This document shows positions 27,831 to 37,526 of a stretch of DNA of 64,000 nucleotides, piece after piece. The stretch comes from Patescibacteria group bacterium (GTDB lineage: Bacteria > Patescibacteriota > Minisyncoccia > Minisyncoccales > Staskawiczbacteraceae). Where the stretch lies: the NCBI GenBank assembly GCA_038065715.1, contig JBBTQL010000007.1, positions 49,643 through 113,642 on the forward strand. Direction: 5' to 3'. A program made the position numbers and the translations under genes. Below the pieces are notes generated by a model. The model worked only from the letters and a program-made list of their open reading frames with translations. It was not told the DNA's origin and ran no database searches. Position 1 is the first letter of the stretch; each line of letters opens with the position of its first letter.

Positions 27831-28274
27831 ATGCAGTTACACGAATTAAAACCAAAACATAAAACAAAAAGCAAAAAAAGAGTTGGTAGAGGTGGCAAAA
27901 AGGGAACCTATTCTGGGAAAGGAAATAAAGGGCAAAGCTCAAGGGCTGGCAGGAAAATGGCGCCAATAATAAGAGAATTGATAAAAAGGTATCCAAAGTT
28001 AAAAGGATACAGAAGCTTTGCGTTAGACGATTATTTAGTTGTTTTAAATTTAGATGTTTTAGAAAAAAACACTAAAAACGGAGACATAATAAATCCAGAT
28101 AATTTGATTAAAAAAGGAATTATTCGTATGATTAAAGGAAAGACCCCAAAAGTTAAAATATTGGGAGATGGAAAATTAACAAAACAATTAATTGTAGAAA
28201 ACTGCAAAGTTTCTAAAACTGCAAAAGAGGCAATTGAAAAAGCCGGAGGAACAATTAACTCGTTTCACTCGTAA
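27831..28274 (+). CDS. rplO: Ribosomal protein uL15
   Basis: MQLHELKPK...RVGRGGKKGTYSGKGNKGQ. Follows rpsE directly, with no rpmD between them. Confidence 0.93.
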   Translation: MQLHELKPKHKTKSKKRVGRGGKKGTYSGKGNKGQSSRAGRKMAPIIRELIKRYPKLKGYRSFALDDYLVVLNLDVLEKNTKNGDIINPDNLIKKGIIRMIKGKTPKVKILGDGKLTKQLIVENCKVSKTAKEAIEKAGGTINSFHS

Positions 28275-28277
28275 ATC

Positions 28278-29555
28278 ATGTGGTACGACAAAATATTATT
28301 TCTTTTTAAGAATAAGGAGCTTAGGAATAAATTTATATTTATTCTTTTTCTGTTTGTTGTTTTTAGGATAGCAGCCAACATACCAATTCCCGGAATTGGC
28401 ACAGAGGATTTAAGAAAGTTTTTTGCGCAAAACCAAGTTTTCGGGCTTTTAAATATATTTTCTGGCGGCGCTTTGAGTAATTTTTCAATTGTGCTGTTGG
28501 GATTAGGTCCTTATATTACAGCCACAATTATATTACAGCTTTTAACAATGATTTTTCCGGTCCTAGAAAGATTATATAAAGAAGAGGGAGAGGCCGGCAG
28601 GCAAAAATTTAACCAGTATTCAAGATTATTGACAATTCCATTGGCAGCTTTTGAAGGTTATGGAATGTTAACATTATTTCAACGCCAGAATGTTATTGCA
28701 GGTCTTTCTCCATTTATTTTGATAAGTTCAATTGTAACAATTATAGCTGGAGCAATGTTTTTAATGTGGATTGGAGAAATTATTTCAGAGCAGGGATTGG
28801 GCAATGGCATTTCTCTTTTAATTTTTGCCGGCATTGTTGCCCAACTTCCGGTTAATATATTTCAAACATTTGTCAGTTGGAATCCTTCAATGGTCCCTTC
28901 TTACTTTTTATTCTTTGTTTTGTCCGTTGTAATTATTGCCGGCGTGGTTTTAATTACAGAAGCCCGCAGAAATATCCCAGTTTCTTATGCTAAAAGAGTA
29001 AGGGGAACGAAAATGTATGGCGGCTCGTCAACCTATTTGCCGCTAAATGTTAACCCTGCTGGAGTTATTCCTATAATTTTTGCGCTTTCTATTTTGCTTT
29101 TTCCCGGAATGATAGCCAGTTTTTTTGGCGGCGCGCCCGGATTAGCGGGAACTATCGCTACCAACATAGGCGCATTTTTTAATAATGTCTGGGTGCACGG
29201 AGTATTATACTTTTTGTTAGTTATTTTGTTTACTTATTTTTATACAGCAGTTACTTTTGACCCCAAAACAATTGCAGAAAATCTTCAAAAAATGGGAGGT
29301 TTTATTCCCGGAGTAAGGCCCGGCAAATCAACTGCTGATTTTTTAAAACACATATTAAACAGGGTTTTGTTTACAGGAGCCATATTTTTAGGTTTAATAG
29401 CTGTGTTGCCCTCAATTATTGCCGGGGCCACCGGAGTAACTGGATTTACTTTTTTAATTGGCGGCACATCTCTTTTAATCGTGGTTTCAGTAGTATTAGA
29501 CACATTACGCCAGATTAACGCCCAGCTCCAAATGAGGGAGTATGATACTTTCTAG
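28278..29555 (+). CDS. secY: Preprotein translocase subunit SecY
   Basis: 425 aa, 10 TM. ...GLGPYITATIILQLL...GEIISEQGLGNGISLLIFAGI. Confidence 0.96.
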   Translation: MWYDKILFLFKNKELRNKFIFILFLFVVFRIAANIPIPGIGTEDLRKFFAQNQVFGLLNIFSGGALSNFSIVLLGLGPYITATIILQLLTMIFPVLERLYKEEGEAGRQKFNQYSRLLTIPLAAFEGYGMLTLFQRQNVIAGLSPFILISSIVTIIAGAMFLMWIGEIISEQGLGNGISLLIFAGIVAQLPVNIFQTFVSWNPSMVPSYFLFFVLSVVIIAGVVLITEARRNIPVSYAKRVRGTKMYGGSSTYLPLNVNPAGVIPIIFALSILLFPGMIASFFGGAPGLAGTIATNIGAFFNNVWVHGVLYFLLVILFTYFYTAVTFDPKTIAENLQKMGGFIPGVRPGKSTADFLKHILNRVLFTGAIFLGLIAVLPSIIAGATGVTGFTFLIGGTSLLIVVSVVLDTLRQINAQLQMREYDTF

Positions 29556-29625
29556 GTGTTAGATATTAGGTGTTAGATATTGAAATTATTAACTAACACC
29601 CAAAACCCAACACCCAACACCCAAT

Positions 29626-30330
29626 ATGAAGCAAGTTATAATTATATTCGGCCCTCCGGGAGCTGGAAAAGGCACTCAATCTGAATTATTATCAGAAAAA
29701 TTAGGATTATATCTTTTTGAAACCAGTAAAATTTTAGAGAAAAAATTTAAAGAAGCAGAAAATTTATCTGAAAATGCAAAAGAAAGATTTATTAAAGCTG
29801 ACGGTGAAAAGTTTGATATTTTAAAAGAAAAAGAAAAATGGGGAAGCGGAGAGCTTAATAGTCCTCCGTTTGTCACACAATTAGTAAAAGAAAAAATAAA
29901 TAATATTTTTGAAGAAGGAAATAATATTATTTTTTCTGGTTCTCCAAGAACTCTTTATGAAGCAGAAAGAGTTATACCTTTGCTTGAAAAACTTTACGGA
30001 AAAGAAAACATAAAAGTTGTTTTATTGGAAATTACAGCTGAAACAACAATTTTTAGAAACTCCCACAGAAAAATTTGCGAATTAATGCGCCACTCAATTT
30101 TATTTAACAAAGAAACTGAAAACTTGACTATTTGCCCGTTAGACGGCTCAAAATTAGTTAAAAGAAAAGATTTAGATGACGAGGAAACCATTAAAGTAAG
30201 AATTAAAGAATATAACGAAAGAACTTTGCCAATGGTTGAATATTTTGAAAAAAATAATATCAAGATAAACAAAATTAATGGCGAGCAATTTGTGGCAGAT
30301 GTTCATAAAGATATTTTAAAAGTAATTTGA
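29626..30330 (+). CDS. adk: Adenylate kinase
   Basis: P-loop GPPGAGKGTQ. Position after secY. Confidence 0.85.
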   Translation: MKQVIIIFGPPGAGKGTQSELLSEKLGLYLFETSKILEKKFKEAENLSENAKERFIKADGEKFDILKEKEKWGSGELNSPPFVTQLVKEKINNIFEEGNNIIFSGSPRTLYEAERVIPLLEKLYGKENIKVVLLEITAETTIFRNSHRKICELMRHSILFNKETENLTICPLDGSKLVKRKDLDDEETIKVRIKEYNERTLPMVEYFEKNNIKINKINGEQFVADVHKDILKVI

Positions 30331-30378
30331 TGATTACAATAAAATTTCAGAATAGAGACCCGATCTCTATTATCTCTA

Positions 30379-31125
30379 ATGATAAATATCAAAAGCTCAG
30401 AAGAAATTAAAATAATGAGAGAGGCCGGGAGAATCCTGGCGGCAGTTTTAAAAGAAATAGAAAAACAAGTTAAGCAGGGAATTACTACCTTAGAATTGGA
30501 CAGGGCCGCTGAGGCCCTTATTTTAAAACACGAAGCTAAGCCGGGTTTTAAAGGGTATGATAATTTCCCTTTTTCTTTGTGCACTTCAGTTAATGAAGAA
30601 ATTGTGCATGGACTTCCATCTACCAGAGTTTTAAAAGAAGGGGATATAATTAGCTTGGATTTAGGAATTTTATACAAAGGATACTACTCTGATATGGCAA
30701 TAACCGTTGCTGTCGGCAAAGTTTCTTTTGAAGCAAAAAGATTGATTAATGTTGCAAAAAAATCTTTAAGATTGGGAATTAAAAAAGTGAGGCCGGGCAA
30801 TACAACAGGCGACATTGGAAATACTATTCAAAAATTTGTTGAAGGACAGGGCTTTTCAGTTATAAGGGATTTGTGCGGCCATGGAATTGGAAAAAATCTT
30901 CACGAAGAACCTAAAATTCCAAATTTTGGAAAAAGAAAAACCGGCGAAAAGCTCCAAGAAGGCATGGTCATTTGCATAGAGCCAATGGTGGCAATGGGCG
31001 ATTACCGCCTTGAAAAAGCGCAAGACGGCTACGGATACGCCACCAAAGATAAGTCTCTAACAGCCCACTTTGAGCACACAATATTGGTTACAAAATTCGG
31101 TTCAAAAGTGTTAACTGAAATATAA
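30379..31125 (+). CDS. map: Methionine aminopeptidase type I
   Basis: ...VHGLPS...DLGILYKGYYSDMA...GHGIG..LHEEP...IEP...HFEHT. Confidence 0.95.
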   Translation: MINIKSSEEIKIMREAGRILAAVLKEIEKQVKQGITTLELDRAAEALILKHEAKPGFKGYDNFPFSLCTSVNEEIVHGLPSTRVLKEGDIISLDLGILYKGYYSDMAITVAVGKVSFEAKRLINVAKKSLRLGIKKVRPGNTTGDIGNTIQKFVEGQGFSVIRDLCGHGIGKNLHEEPKIPNFGKRKTGEKLQEGMVICIEPMVAMGDYRLEKAQDGYGYATKDKSLTAHFEHTILVTKFGSKVLTEI

Positions 31126-31184
31126 CGAGAGGCGGACTTCAACCGTCTTTTGTTTTATGATAAAATAAAATAACATAATTTAAT

Positions 31185-31937
31185 ATGAAAAATTTAATTG
31201 TAGCCAATTGGAAATTAAATCCATCAACCCAAAAAGAAGCCAAAGCTCTTTTTCAGGCTGTTAAAAAAAAAGCGAAAGTAAAAAATGTGGAAGTAGTTAT
31301 CTGTCCGCCTTTTGCTTGGCTCGCCGAAGGACGCCGGCAGGCGGCCGAAGGCGGCTTTATTTTAGGGGCACAAAACTGTTTTTTTGAAGAAAAAGGAGCT
31401 TTTACTGGAGAAATTTCTGTTTTAATGTTGAAAGATTTAAAAATTGATTATGTTATTTTGGGGCACTCAGAGCGCAGAAAATACTTTAATGAGACAGACG
31501 AAATTGTAAATAAAAAAATTAAAAAAGTTTTGTCTGCAAACTTAAAGCCTATTTTGTGCATTGGCGAAACAGACGAAGAGAGGCAGGCTGGAAAAAAATC
31601 AGAAGTTTTAGAAAAACAAATTACAGGGGGTTTGAAAGGAGTTTTAAGAGAAAACGCAAAAACCGTTGTTATTGCCTATGAGCCAGTTTGGGCGATTGGG
31701 ACGGGAAATAATTGTTCGGTTGACGAAACAATGAGTTCCGTTTTATTCATAAGAAAAATTATTTCAAAAATATATAACAGGGAAATAGCAGACAATATGC
31801 GGATTTTATATGGCGGAAGCGTCAAAAGCGAAAATTCTGGTTCTTATATTAAAGACGCGGGAGCCAACGGCCTTTTAGTCGGCGGAGCATCTTTAAATGC
31901 TGAAGAATTTATTAAGATTGTAAAATCTGCAGAGTAG
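31185..31937 (+). CDS. tpiA: Triosephosphate isomerase
   Basis: NWKLN...GHSERR...AYEPVWAIGTG...GGASL. In-frame GC-rich insert at 31318-31356. Confidence 0.93.
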   Translation: MKNLIVANWKLNPSTQKEAKALFQAVKKKAKVKNVEVVICPPFAWLAEGRRQAAEGGFILGAQNCFFEEKGAFTGEISVLMLKDLKIDYVILGHSERRKYFNETDEIVNKKIKKVLSANLKPILCIGETDEERQAGKKSEVLEKQITGGLKGVLRENAKTVVIAYEPVWAIGTGNNCSVDETMSSVLFIRKIISKIYNREIADNMRILYGGSVKSENSGSYIKDAGANGLLVGGASLNAEEFIKIVKSAE

Positions 31938-31952
31938 TGGTATGTTATATTT

Positions 31953-32531
31953 ATGAATGACGAGATAGTAAACAATGGGCATTTTTTTAATCCAAGCAAG
32001 GGAAATTTGAATTTTGACGAAGTAATAAAAGAGATTAAAAGCTATATTCAGGAGCAGCCTGAATTTTTTTATGATATTGTTGTTGGGTGCGATTCGCCGT
32101 CTTCTGATAAGCCGTTTTTTCCAATTGCTATTGTTGTATTAAGAACTGGAGCTGGCGGAAGATTCTTTTTAAAAAAAATGCGTTATCCAGATAACTTTTT
32201 AAAAAAGTTTGCCAATATTAATTGGAAAAACAGAATTTTGCAGGAAGTTTATTTGTCGTGCGAGCTGGCATTGTCTTTAAGGGAAAGATTAAATGAGGAA
32301 TTTGGTCCCGATTGCAAAGCAATCGCGGATCCTCGATGGCAAAGCCATCGGGACAAAGCCACTTCAACATTTAATTATCAATTTCAATATATTCATGCTG
32401 ATGTAGGGGAGGTTGGTAAAACAAAAGAAATGGTGAAAGAAGTTGTTGGGTTAATAAAAAGCAATGGCTTTGAACCATGCATAAAACCAAAATCTTTTGC
32501 GGCAACTGTTGTGGCAGACAGATTTACATAA
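31953..32531 (+). CDS. YkuK/DUF458-like RNase H-fold protein (tentative)
   Basis: FNPSKGNLNFDEVIKEI...IVVGCDS...IAIVVLRTGAGGRFF pattern (family recalled from memory). Compound in-frame GC hairpin at 32305-32354. Confidence 0.45.
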   Translation: MNDEIVNNGHFFNPSKGNLNFDEVIKEIKSYIQEQPEFFYDIVVGCDSPSSDKPFFPIAIVVLRTGAGGRFFLKKMRYPDNFLKKFANINWKNRILQEVYLSCELALSLRERLNEEFGPDCKAIADPRWQSHRDKATSTFNYQFQYIHADVGEVGKTKEMVKEVVGLIKSNGFEPCIKPKSFAATVVADRFT

Positions 32532-32792
32532 ACTTCGCTCGGCAATCAAATTTTAAATTTTAAAATTTATTGCCTCGCTAATATTCAGATACGCTCAAAA
32601 CGGCGTTTTTTTACGTGTTTCTAAGGTGTGTAATAATGGTGCGTACGCACACTTATTACACACTTGTTTTTAGAATAAGAAATAGCTCAAACGTGTCTGA
32701 GCTATTTTGAGGAAGTGTTTACTATGTAGTAATTAAGGTACAGTATATTAAATATTGCGAGAAAATGATTTTTGAGGTAAAATTAGAAAATC

Positions 32793-34571
32793 ATGAAATC
32801 TGACGAACTACGCCAACGATTTTTAAGTTTTTTTGAGAAAAGGGGGCATAAAATTATTCCCAGCGGTTCTTTAGTTCCAGAAAATGATCCAACGGTTTTA
32901 TTCACAACAGCTGGCATGCATCCTTTGGTGCCTTTTTTGTTAGGTGAAAAACATCCGTCTGGCAAAAGATTAGTTAACGCTCAAAAATGCATAAGGACAG
33001 GAGATATTGATGATGTTGGCGACGATACTCATAATACTTTTTTTGAAATGCTGGGAAATTGGTCTTTGGGCGATTATTGGAAAAATGAAGCCATAAAATG
33101 GAGTTTTGAATTTTTAACAAAAGAGCTGGAAATTCCTTTAGAAAGATTGGCTGTTTCTTGTTTCGCTGGTGATAACGATGCAGAAAAAGACGAAGAATCG
33201 GCAAAAATTTGGGAATCTTTGGGAGTTAAAAAAGAAAGAATTGCCTTTTTGCCAAAAGAAGATAATTGGTGGGGGCCTGCAGGAAAAACAGGACCATGTG
33301 GTACTGATACAGAAATGTTTTATTGGAAATTAAATGACAAACCAGCGCCAGAAATTTTTGACGCAAAAGATAAAAATTGGGTTGAAATTTGGAATGATGT
33401 TTTCATGCAATATATAAAAAATGAAAACGGGAATTACATTGAGGCAAAGCAAAAAAATGTAGATACTGGAATGGGTTTAGAAAGAACGCTTGCAGTTTTA
33501 AATGGAAAAGAAAACGTTTATGAAACTGATTTATTTTTGCCGATTATTAAAAAAATTGAGGAATTATCTGAAAAAAAATATGAGGATAATAAAAAGGCAT
33601 TCAGAGTTATTGTTGACCATATAAAGGCATCAGTGTTTCTTTTAGCTTCTGAAATTGAGCCGTCAAATTTAGGCAGGGGATACATTTTAAGAAGATTGAT
33701 TCGCAGGGCAATAAGATATGGAAAACAGTTGAGTATCAAAGAAAATTTTATTGGTGAAATTTATCCCGCAATTTTAGAAGTTTATAATGGATTTTACCCC
33801 GAAATAGAAAATAAAAAAGATTTTATTTTAGAGCAGTTTAAGTCAGAAGAAGAAAAATTTGAAAAAACTTTAGAAAACGGATTAAGGGAATTTATCTCGC
33901 TTTGCGAGAGCTCGCATAGCGAGATAAAATTAGACAATATATCTGGCAAGGATGCTTTTAATCTTTATCAAACTTATGGATTTCCGATTGAATTGACGGA
34001 AGAAATAGCAAAAGAAAAGGGAATGAATATTGATGTTGAGGAATTTAAAAAAGAATTAGAAAAACATCAGGAACTTTCAAGAACAGCGGGCGCGGGAATG
34101 TTTCGAGGCGGGTTGGCAGATAATTCTGAGCAAACTACAAAACTGCATACCGCCGCCCATTTAATGCTGGCTGGATTAAGAAAAGTTTTGGGCGGGCATG
34201 TTGCGCAAAAAGGAAGCAATATTACTGCCGAAAGATTGCGTTTTGATTTTTCGCACAAAGAAAAAATGACCAGTGAACAAATAAAAGGTGTAGAAAATTT
34301 TGTAAATGGTATAATAAAGAAAGACTTGCCTGTAAGCTTTGAAGAAATGAATTTAGAAAAAGCTAAAGAGCTAAACGCTATGGGAGTTTTTGAATCAAAA
34401 TACGGGGAAAAAGTTAAAGTTTATACTATTGGCGAGGGCAATGAAATTGCAAGCCGCGAAATTTGCGGCGGGCCGCATGTTGAGAAAACAGGAGTTTTAG
34501 GGCATTTTAAAATTATAAAAGAAGAAAGCTCCTCATTTGGAGTCCGTAGAATAAAAGCAATACTTGAGTAA
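32793..34571 (+). CDS. alaS: Alanyl-tRNA synthetase, short form (592 aa; no C-terminal C-Ala domain)
   Basis: FTTAGM..., GNWSLGDYWK, WWGPAG..GPCGTDTE, editing-domain HTAAHL...CGGPHV. In-frame palindrome at 33893-33926. Confidence 0.93.
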   Translation: MKSDELRQRFLSFFEKRGHKIIPSGSLVPENDPTVLFTTAGMHPLVPFLLGEKHPSGKRLVNAQKCIRTGDIDDVGDDTHNTFFEMLGNWSLGDYWKNEAIKWSFEFLTKELEIPLERLAVSCFAGDNDAEKDEESAKIWESLGVKKERIAFLPKEDNWWGPAGKTGPCGTDTEMFYWKLNDKPAPEIFDAKDKNWVEIWNDVFMQYIKNENGNYIEAKQKNVDTGMGLERTLAVLNGKENVYETDLFLPIIKKIEELSEKKYEDNKKAFRVIVDHIKASVFLLASEIEPSNLGRGYILRRLIRRAIRYGKQLSIKENFIGEIYPAILEVYNGFYPEIENKKDFILEQFKSEEEKFEKTLENGLREFISLCESSHSEIKLDNISGKDAFNLYQTYGFPIELTEEIAKEKGMNIDVEEFKKELEKHQELSRTAGAGMFRGGLADNSEQTTKLHTAAHLMLAGLRKVLGGHVAQKGSNITAERLRFDFSHKEKMTSEQIKGVENFVNGIIKKDLPVSFEEMNLEKAKELNAMGVFESKYGEKVKVYTIGEGNEIASREICGGPHVEKTGVLGHFKIIKEESSSFGVRRIKAILE

Positions 34572-34677
34572 ATTTTCAATTTTCAATTTTCAATTTTCAT
34601 TAAATTTTCAATTAATTAATTTTTAAATTAGAAATTTAATATAAATTAGAAATTAGAAATTAGAAATTAAATTGAAA

Positions 34678-36024
34678 ATGCCAAAGAAAATATATGATAT
34701 AGTGCCGCCAAAAGCAAAACATCCTGCCTGGCGGCAGGCAGGCAAAACAGCGGTCGTAAAAAAAATAACAGCCAGCGAAGAAAAAAATCTGCCTGCCGCG
34801 CCTCGGCATGCAGAACATACAGCGAAAAAATCTCATAAGGAAGTCCGCCGCCATAAGGCCGTAAATTTTTCGTGGACAAAAGTTTTGGCTGTAGTTGGTT
34901 CTGCAATAGTTTTGGCATTAGCAATATTTTTTTATTTTAAATTGCAAAAAGCAGATATAGAAATTTGGCCTAAAACAGAAACTTTAAGTTTTTCGCAAAA
35001 AATAATTGCAGATAAATCAGTTGATTTTATTGATATAAATAAAAACACTATTCCAGCCCAGCTCTTAGAAGAAGAAAAAGATTTATCGCAGGAGTTTTCT
35101 TCAAGCGGACAAGCCCAAAATGACAGCAAGGCAAAAGGCGCTGTTAAAGTTTTTAATAGTTATGAGCCGTTTTCACCCATTACTTTGGTTGCTGGAACGC
35201 ATCTTTTATCTGATTCGGGAAAATACTTTATAACTTTGAAAAAAATTACTGTGCCAGCTGCAAAAAAAGTGAGCGGAAAAATTGTTCTGGGATCTGTTGA
35301 TGCAGCTGTTGAAGCTAAAAATACAGGAAGTGATTATAATGTAGGCCCATCTAAATTTTCTTTTCCAAAACTTGCCGGAACTCCTTATTATTACAGCATT
35401 TTTGCAAGTTCATCTGGTTCTATGGCGGGAGGATTTGAAAAAAATGTTAAACTGGTTACAGACGGCGACATTCAAAACGCAAAAGACACTTTAGTTAAAA
35501 AACTTTTAAACGATGCGGAGGCAGGTTTAAGAAGCAAGATTTCTTCAGACCAAGTTCTCTTTGATAATGGGATTATAACTGCTATAGTTGAGGCCTTGCC
35601 CTCGGTAAAATCGGGAGCTACTGCAGAAAAATTTAATTATCAGGCAAAAGTTAAGGCAACGGCTTTAGTATTTAAAAAACAAGATTTAGAAAAATTAACA
35701 AAAGATTATATTCTTTTTCAAACTCAAGATTCAAAAATTATTTTAGATAAAAGTTTTTCAATAAATTATACGCCGGATTTATTAGACATAAAAGGAGGCA
35801 AAATAATTCTTAATTCTAATTTTTCAGCAAAAATATATCAAACAATTAACAAAGACAGCTTAACTATCTTAGTTTCCCGTAAAACACAGGACGAAGTTAT
35901 AAATATTATTAACAGCAATATCGGAGACAGTATTTCTCTGGTTAAAGTTAATTTTTGGCCATTTTGGACGCAGAAAACGCCAGGAGATGCGGGGAAGGTC
36001 AAAATTAACTTAAATTTTGACTAG
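34678..36024 (+). CDS. Hypothetical membrane-anchored protein
   Basis: MPKKIYDIVPP..., one TM helix, then a large beta-rich ectodomain. Two GC hairpins in the N-terminal tail (34723-34742, 34788-34814). Confidence 0.55.
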   Translation: MPKKIYDIVPPKAKHPAWRQAGKTAVVKKITASEEKNLPAAPRHAEHTAKKSHKEVRRHKAVNFSWTKVLAVVGSAIVLALAIFFYFKLQKADIEIWPKTETLSFSQKIIADKSVDFIDINKNTIPAQLLEEEKDLSQEFSSSGQAQNDSKAKGAVKVFNSYEPFSPITLVAGTHLLSDSGKYFITLKKITVPAAKKVSGKIVLGSVDAAVEAKNTGSDYNVGPSKFSFPKLAGTPYYYSIFASSSGSMAGGFEKNVKLVTDGDIQNAKDTLVKKLLNDAEAGLRSKISSDQVLFDNGIITAIVEALPSVKSGATAEKFNYQAKVKATALVFKKQDLEKLTKDYILFQTQDSKIILDKSFSINYTPDLLDIKGGKIILNSNFSAKIYQTINKDSLTILVSRKTQDEVINIINSNIGDSISLVKVNFWPFWTQKTPGDAGKVKINLNFD

Positions 36025-36071
36025 GGTATTGACCTTTATCCTTTAATTTGTTAGAATTAGGAATTACAAAA

Positions 36072-36317
36072 ATGGTATTAAACGAGAGCAAAAATAATCA
36101 AAATTCTAAAAAAGTAATTAAAAAAGAGGGCAGGGTTATAGAAGCCTTGCCAAATGCTTTTTTTAAGATAGTGTTTGATGATGGAAAAGAGGCATTGGGA
36201 TTTCTTTCTGGCAAGATGAAACTTAACAGAATTACCATTTTACCGGGTGATAAAGTAACTGTGGAAATGAGCCCTTATGATGAAAGCAAAGCAAGAATTG
36301 TTTACAGGCTAAAATAA
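36072..36317 (+). CDS. infA: Translation initiation factor IF-1
   Basis: ...EGRVIEALPNAFFKIVFDDGKEALGFLSGKMKLNRITILPGDKVTVEMSPYD. Confidence 0.93.
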   Translation: MVLNESKNNQNSKKVIKKEGRVIEALPNAFFKIVFDDGKEALGFLSGKMKLNRITILPGDKVTVEMSPYDESKARIVYRLK

Positions 36318-36323
36318 TATAAT

Positions 36324-36440
36324 ATGAAAGTCAGGCCATCGATAAAAAAAATTTGCAATGATTGTAAAATTGTCCGCAGGGAGGGCAGGCTTTATGTTAT
36401 TTGCAGAAAAAATCCGAAACACAAACAACGCCAAGGATAA
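36324..36440 (+). CDS. rpmJ: Ribosomal protein bL36 (38 aa; below the ORF-track cutoff)
   Basis: Hand translation [38 protein letters not shown]. Confidence 0.93.
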   Translation: MKVRPSIKKICNDCKIVRREGRLYVICRKNPKHKQRQG

Positions 36441-36533
36441 TATTGTAATTCGAATGACGCGAATTAAATGCGAATAACACGAATATATATTTGTGGCATG
36501 CGCATATTATTCGTAAATTCGCATTATACTTAT

Positions 36534-36923
36534 ATGCCGCGTATATCAGGGGTAAACATCCCAGAAAACAAAAGAGTAGAAATAGCTTTAACCTATATTT
36601 ATGGAATAGGCAGGAGTTTGAGCCAAAAAATTTTAAAAGAGGTTAAAATAGATATAAACAAAAAAGCGCAGGATTTAACTCCTAAAGAAGTTAACGATTT
36701 AAAAGATATTATTGAAAAAAGTTATAAAATAGAAGGAGATTTGCGAAGGCAAATTATGATAAACATTAAAAGGCTTAAAGATATTGGTTCTTATCGCGGC
36801 TCGCGTCACGCTAAAAAATTGCCTGCTCGCGGCCAAAGGACAAAAACTAATAACAGAACAATAAGGGGAAATGTCAGAAAAACAATTGGCTCGGGAAGAA
36901 AGCCAGCCGCAACGCCAACATAG
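36534..36923 (+). CDS. rpsM: Ribosomal protein uS13
   Basis: MPRISGVNIPENKRVEIALTYIYGIG... Confidence 0.95.
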   Translation: MPRISGVNIPENKRVEIALTYIYGIGRSLSQKILKEVKIDINKKAQDLTPKEVNDLKDIIEKSYKIEGDLRRQIMINIKRLKDIGSYRGSRHAKKLPARGQRTKTNNRTIRGNVRKTIGSGRKPAATPT

Positions 36924-37012
36924 TATAATGCGAATAACGCGAATTGAATGCTAATAACGCCAATACGATTCGCAGTATTCGCATATCATTTGTAAATTAG
37001 CATTATATTTAT

Positions 37013-37468
37013 ATGGGAAAAAAACATATTATAGAAACAAATCAAGAGGAACTGATAAAAGAGAAAGAAAAAGTTGAGGCTACCTTAAAAAAGGAAACAA
37101 AAGTTAAGGCATCTTCAGAGAGAGTTTTAGAGGGAAGGGTATATGTATCATCTTCTTATAACAACACAATAGTCACTCTTACGAATTCAAGAGGCAATGT
37201 TTTGGCGTGGAAATCAGCTGGGTCGGTCGGTTTTAAGGGAGCCAAAAAAGCCACATCATTTGCGGCTTCAAGAGTGGCAGAATCAATAGCTAATATTTGC
37301 AAAAAAATAGGCATAGAAAAAATTAGCGTTTTTATAAAAGGCATAGGAGCAGGCCGCGAATCTGCTGTAAGGACTTTGGTGGCGCAGGGGTTAAATGTAG
37401 TTTCAATTAAAGATGTAACTCCTATTCCTCATAATGGATGCAGGCCAAAGAAAGTAAGAAGAGTATAA
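37013..37468 (+). CDS. rpsK: Ribosomal protein uS11
   Basis: ...GRVYVSSSYNNTIVTLTNSRGNVLAWKSAGSVGFKG...TPIPHNGCRPKK. Confidence 0.95.
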   Translation: MGKKHIIETNQEELIKEKEKVEATLKKETKVKASSERVLEGRVYVSSSYNNTIVTLTNSRGNVLAWKSAGSVGFKGAKKATSFAASRVAESIANICKKIGIEKISVFIKGIGAGRESAVRTLVAQGLNVVSIKDVTPIPHNGCRPKKVRRV

Positions 37469-37526
37469 AACAGAAGGAAACCCTTCGCTAAAGCTCAGGG
37501 TGATTTCCTCGTTTCACTCGAAAATC

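Noticed and set aside
32532-32792. T-box riboswitch upstream of alaS
   Set aside because: No conserved T-box sequence (AANNNGGGTGGTACCGCG-like), specifier loop with a GCU codon, or stem I features could be found.
34572-34677. CRISPR array or similar (also 17461-17560 and 29555-29625)
   Set aside because: The repeat units are only 7-13 nt, directly tandem with no unique spacers, and AT-only. No cas genes are present apart from an isolated Cas4-like nuclease 10 kb away.
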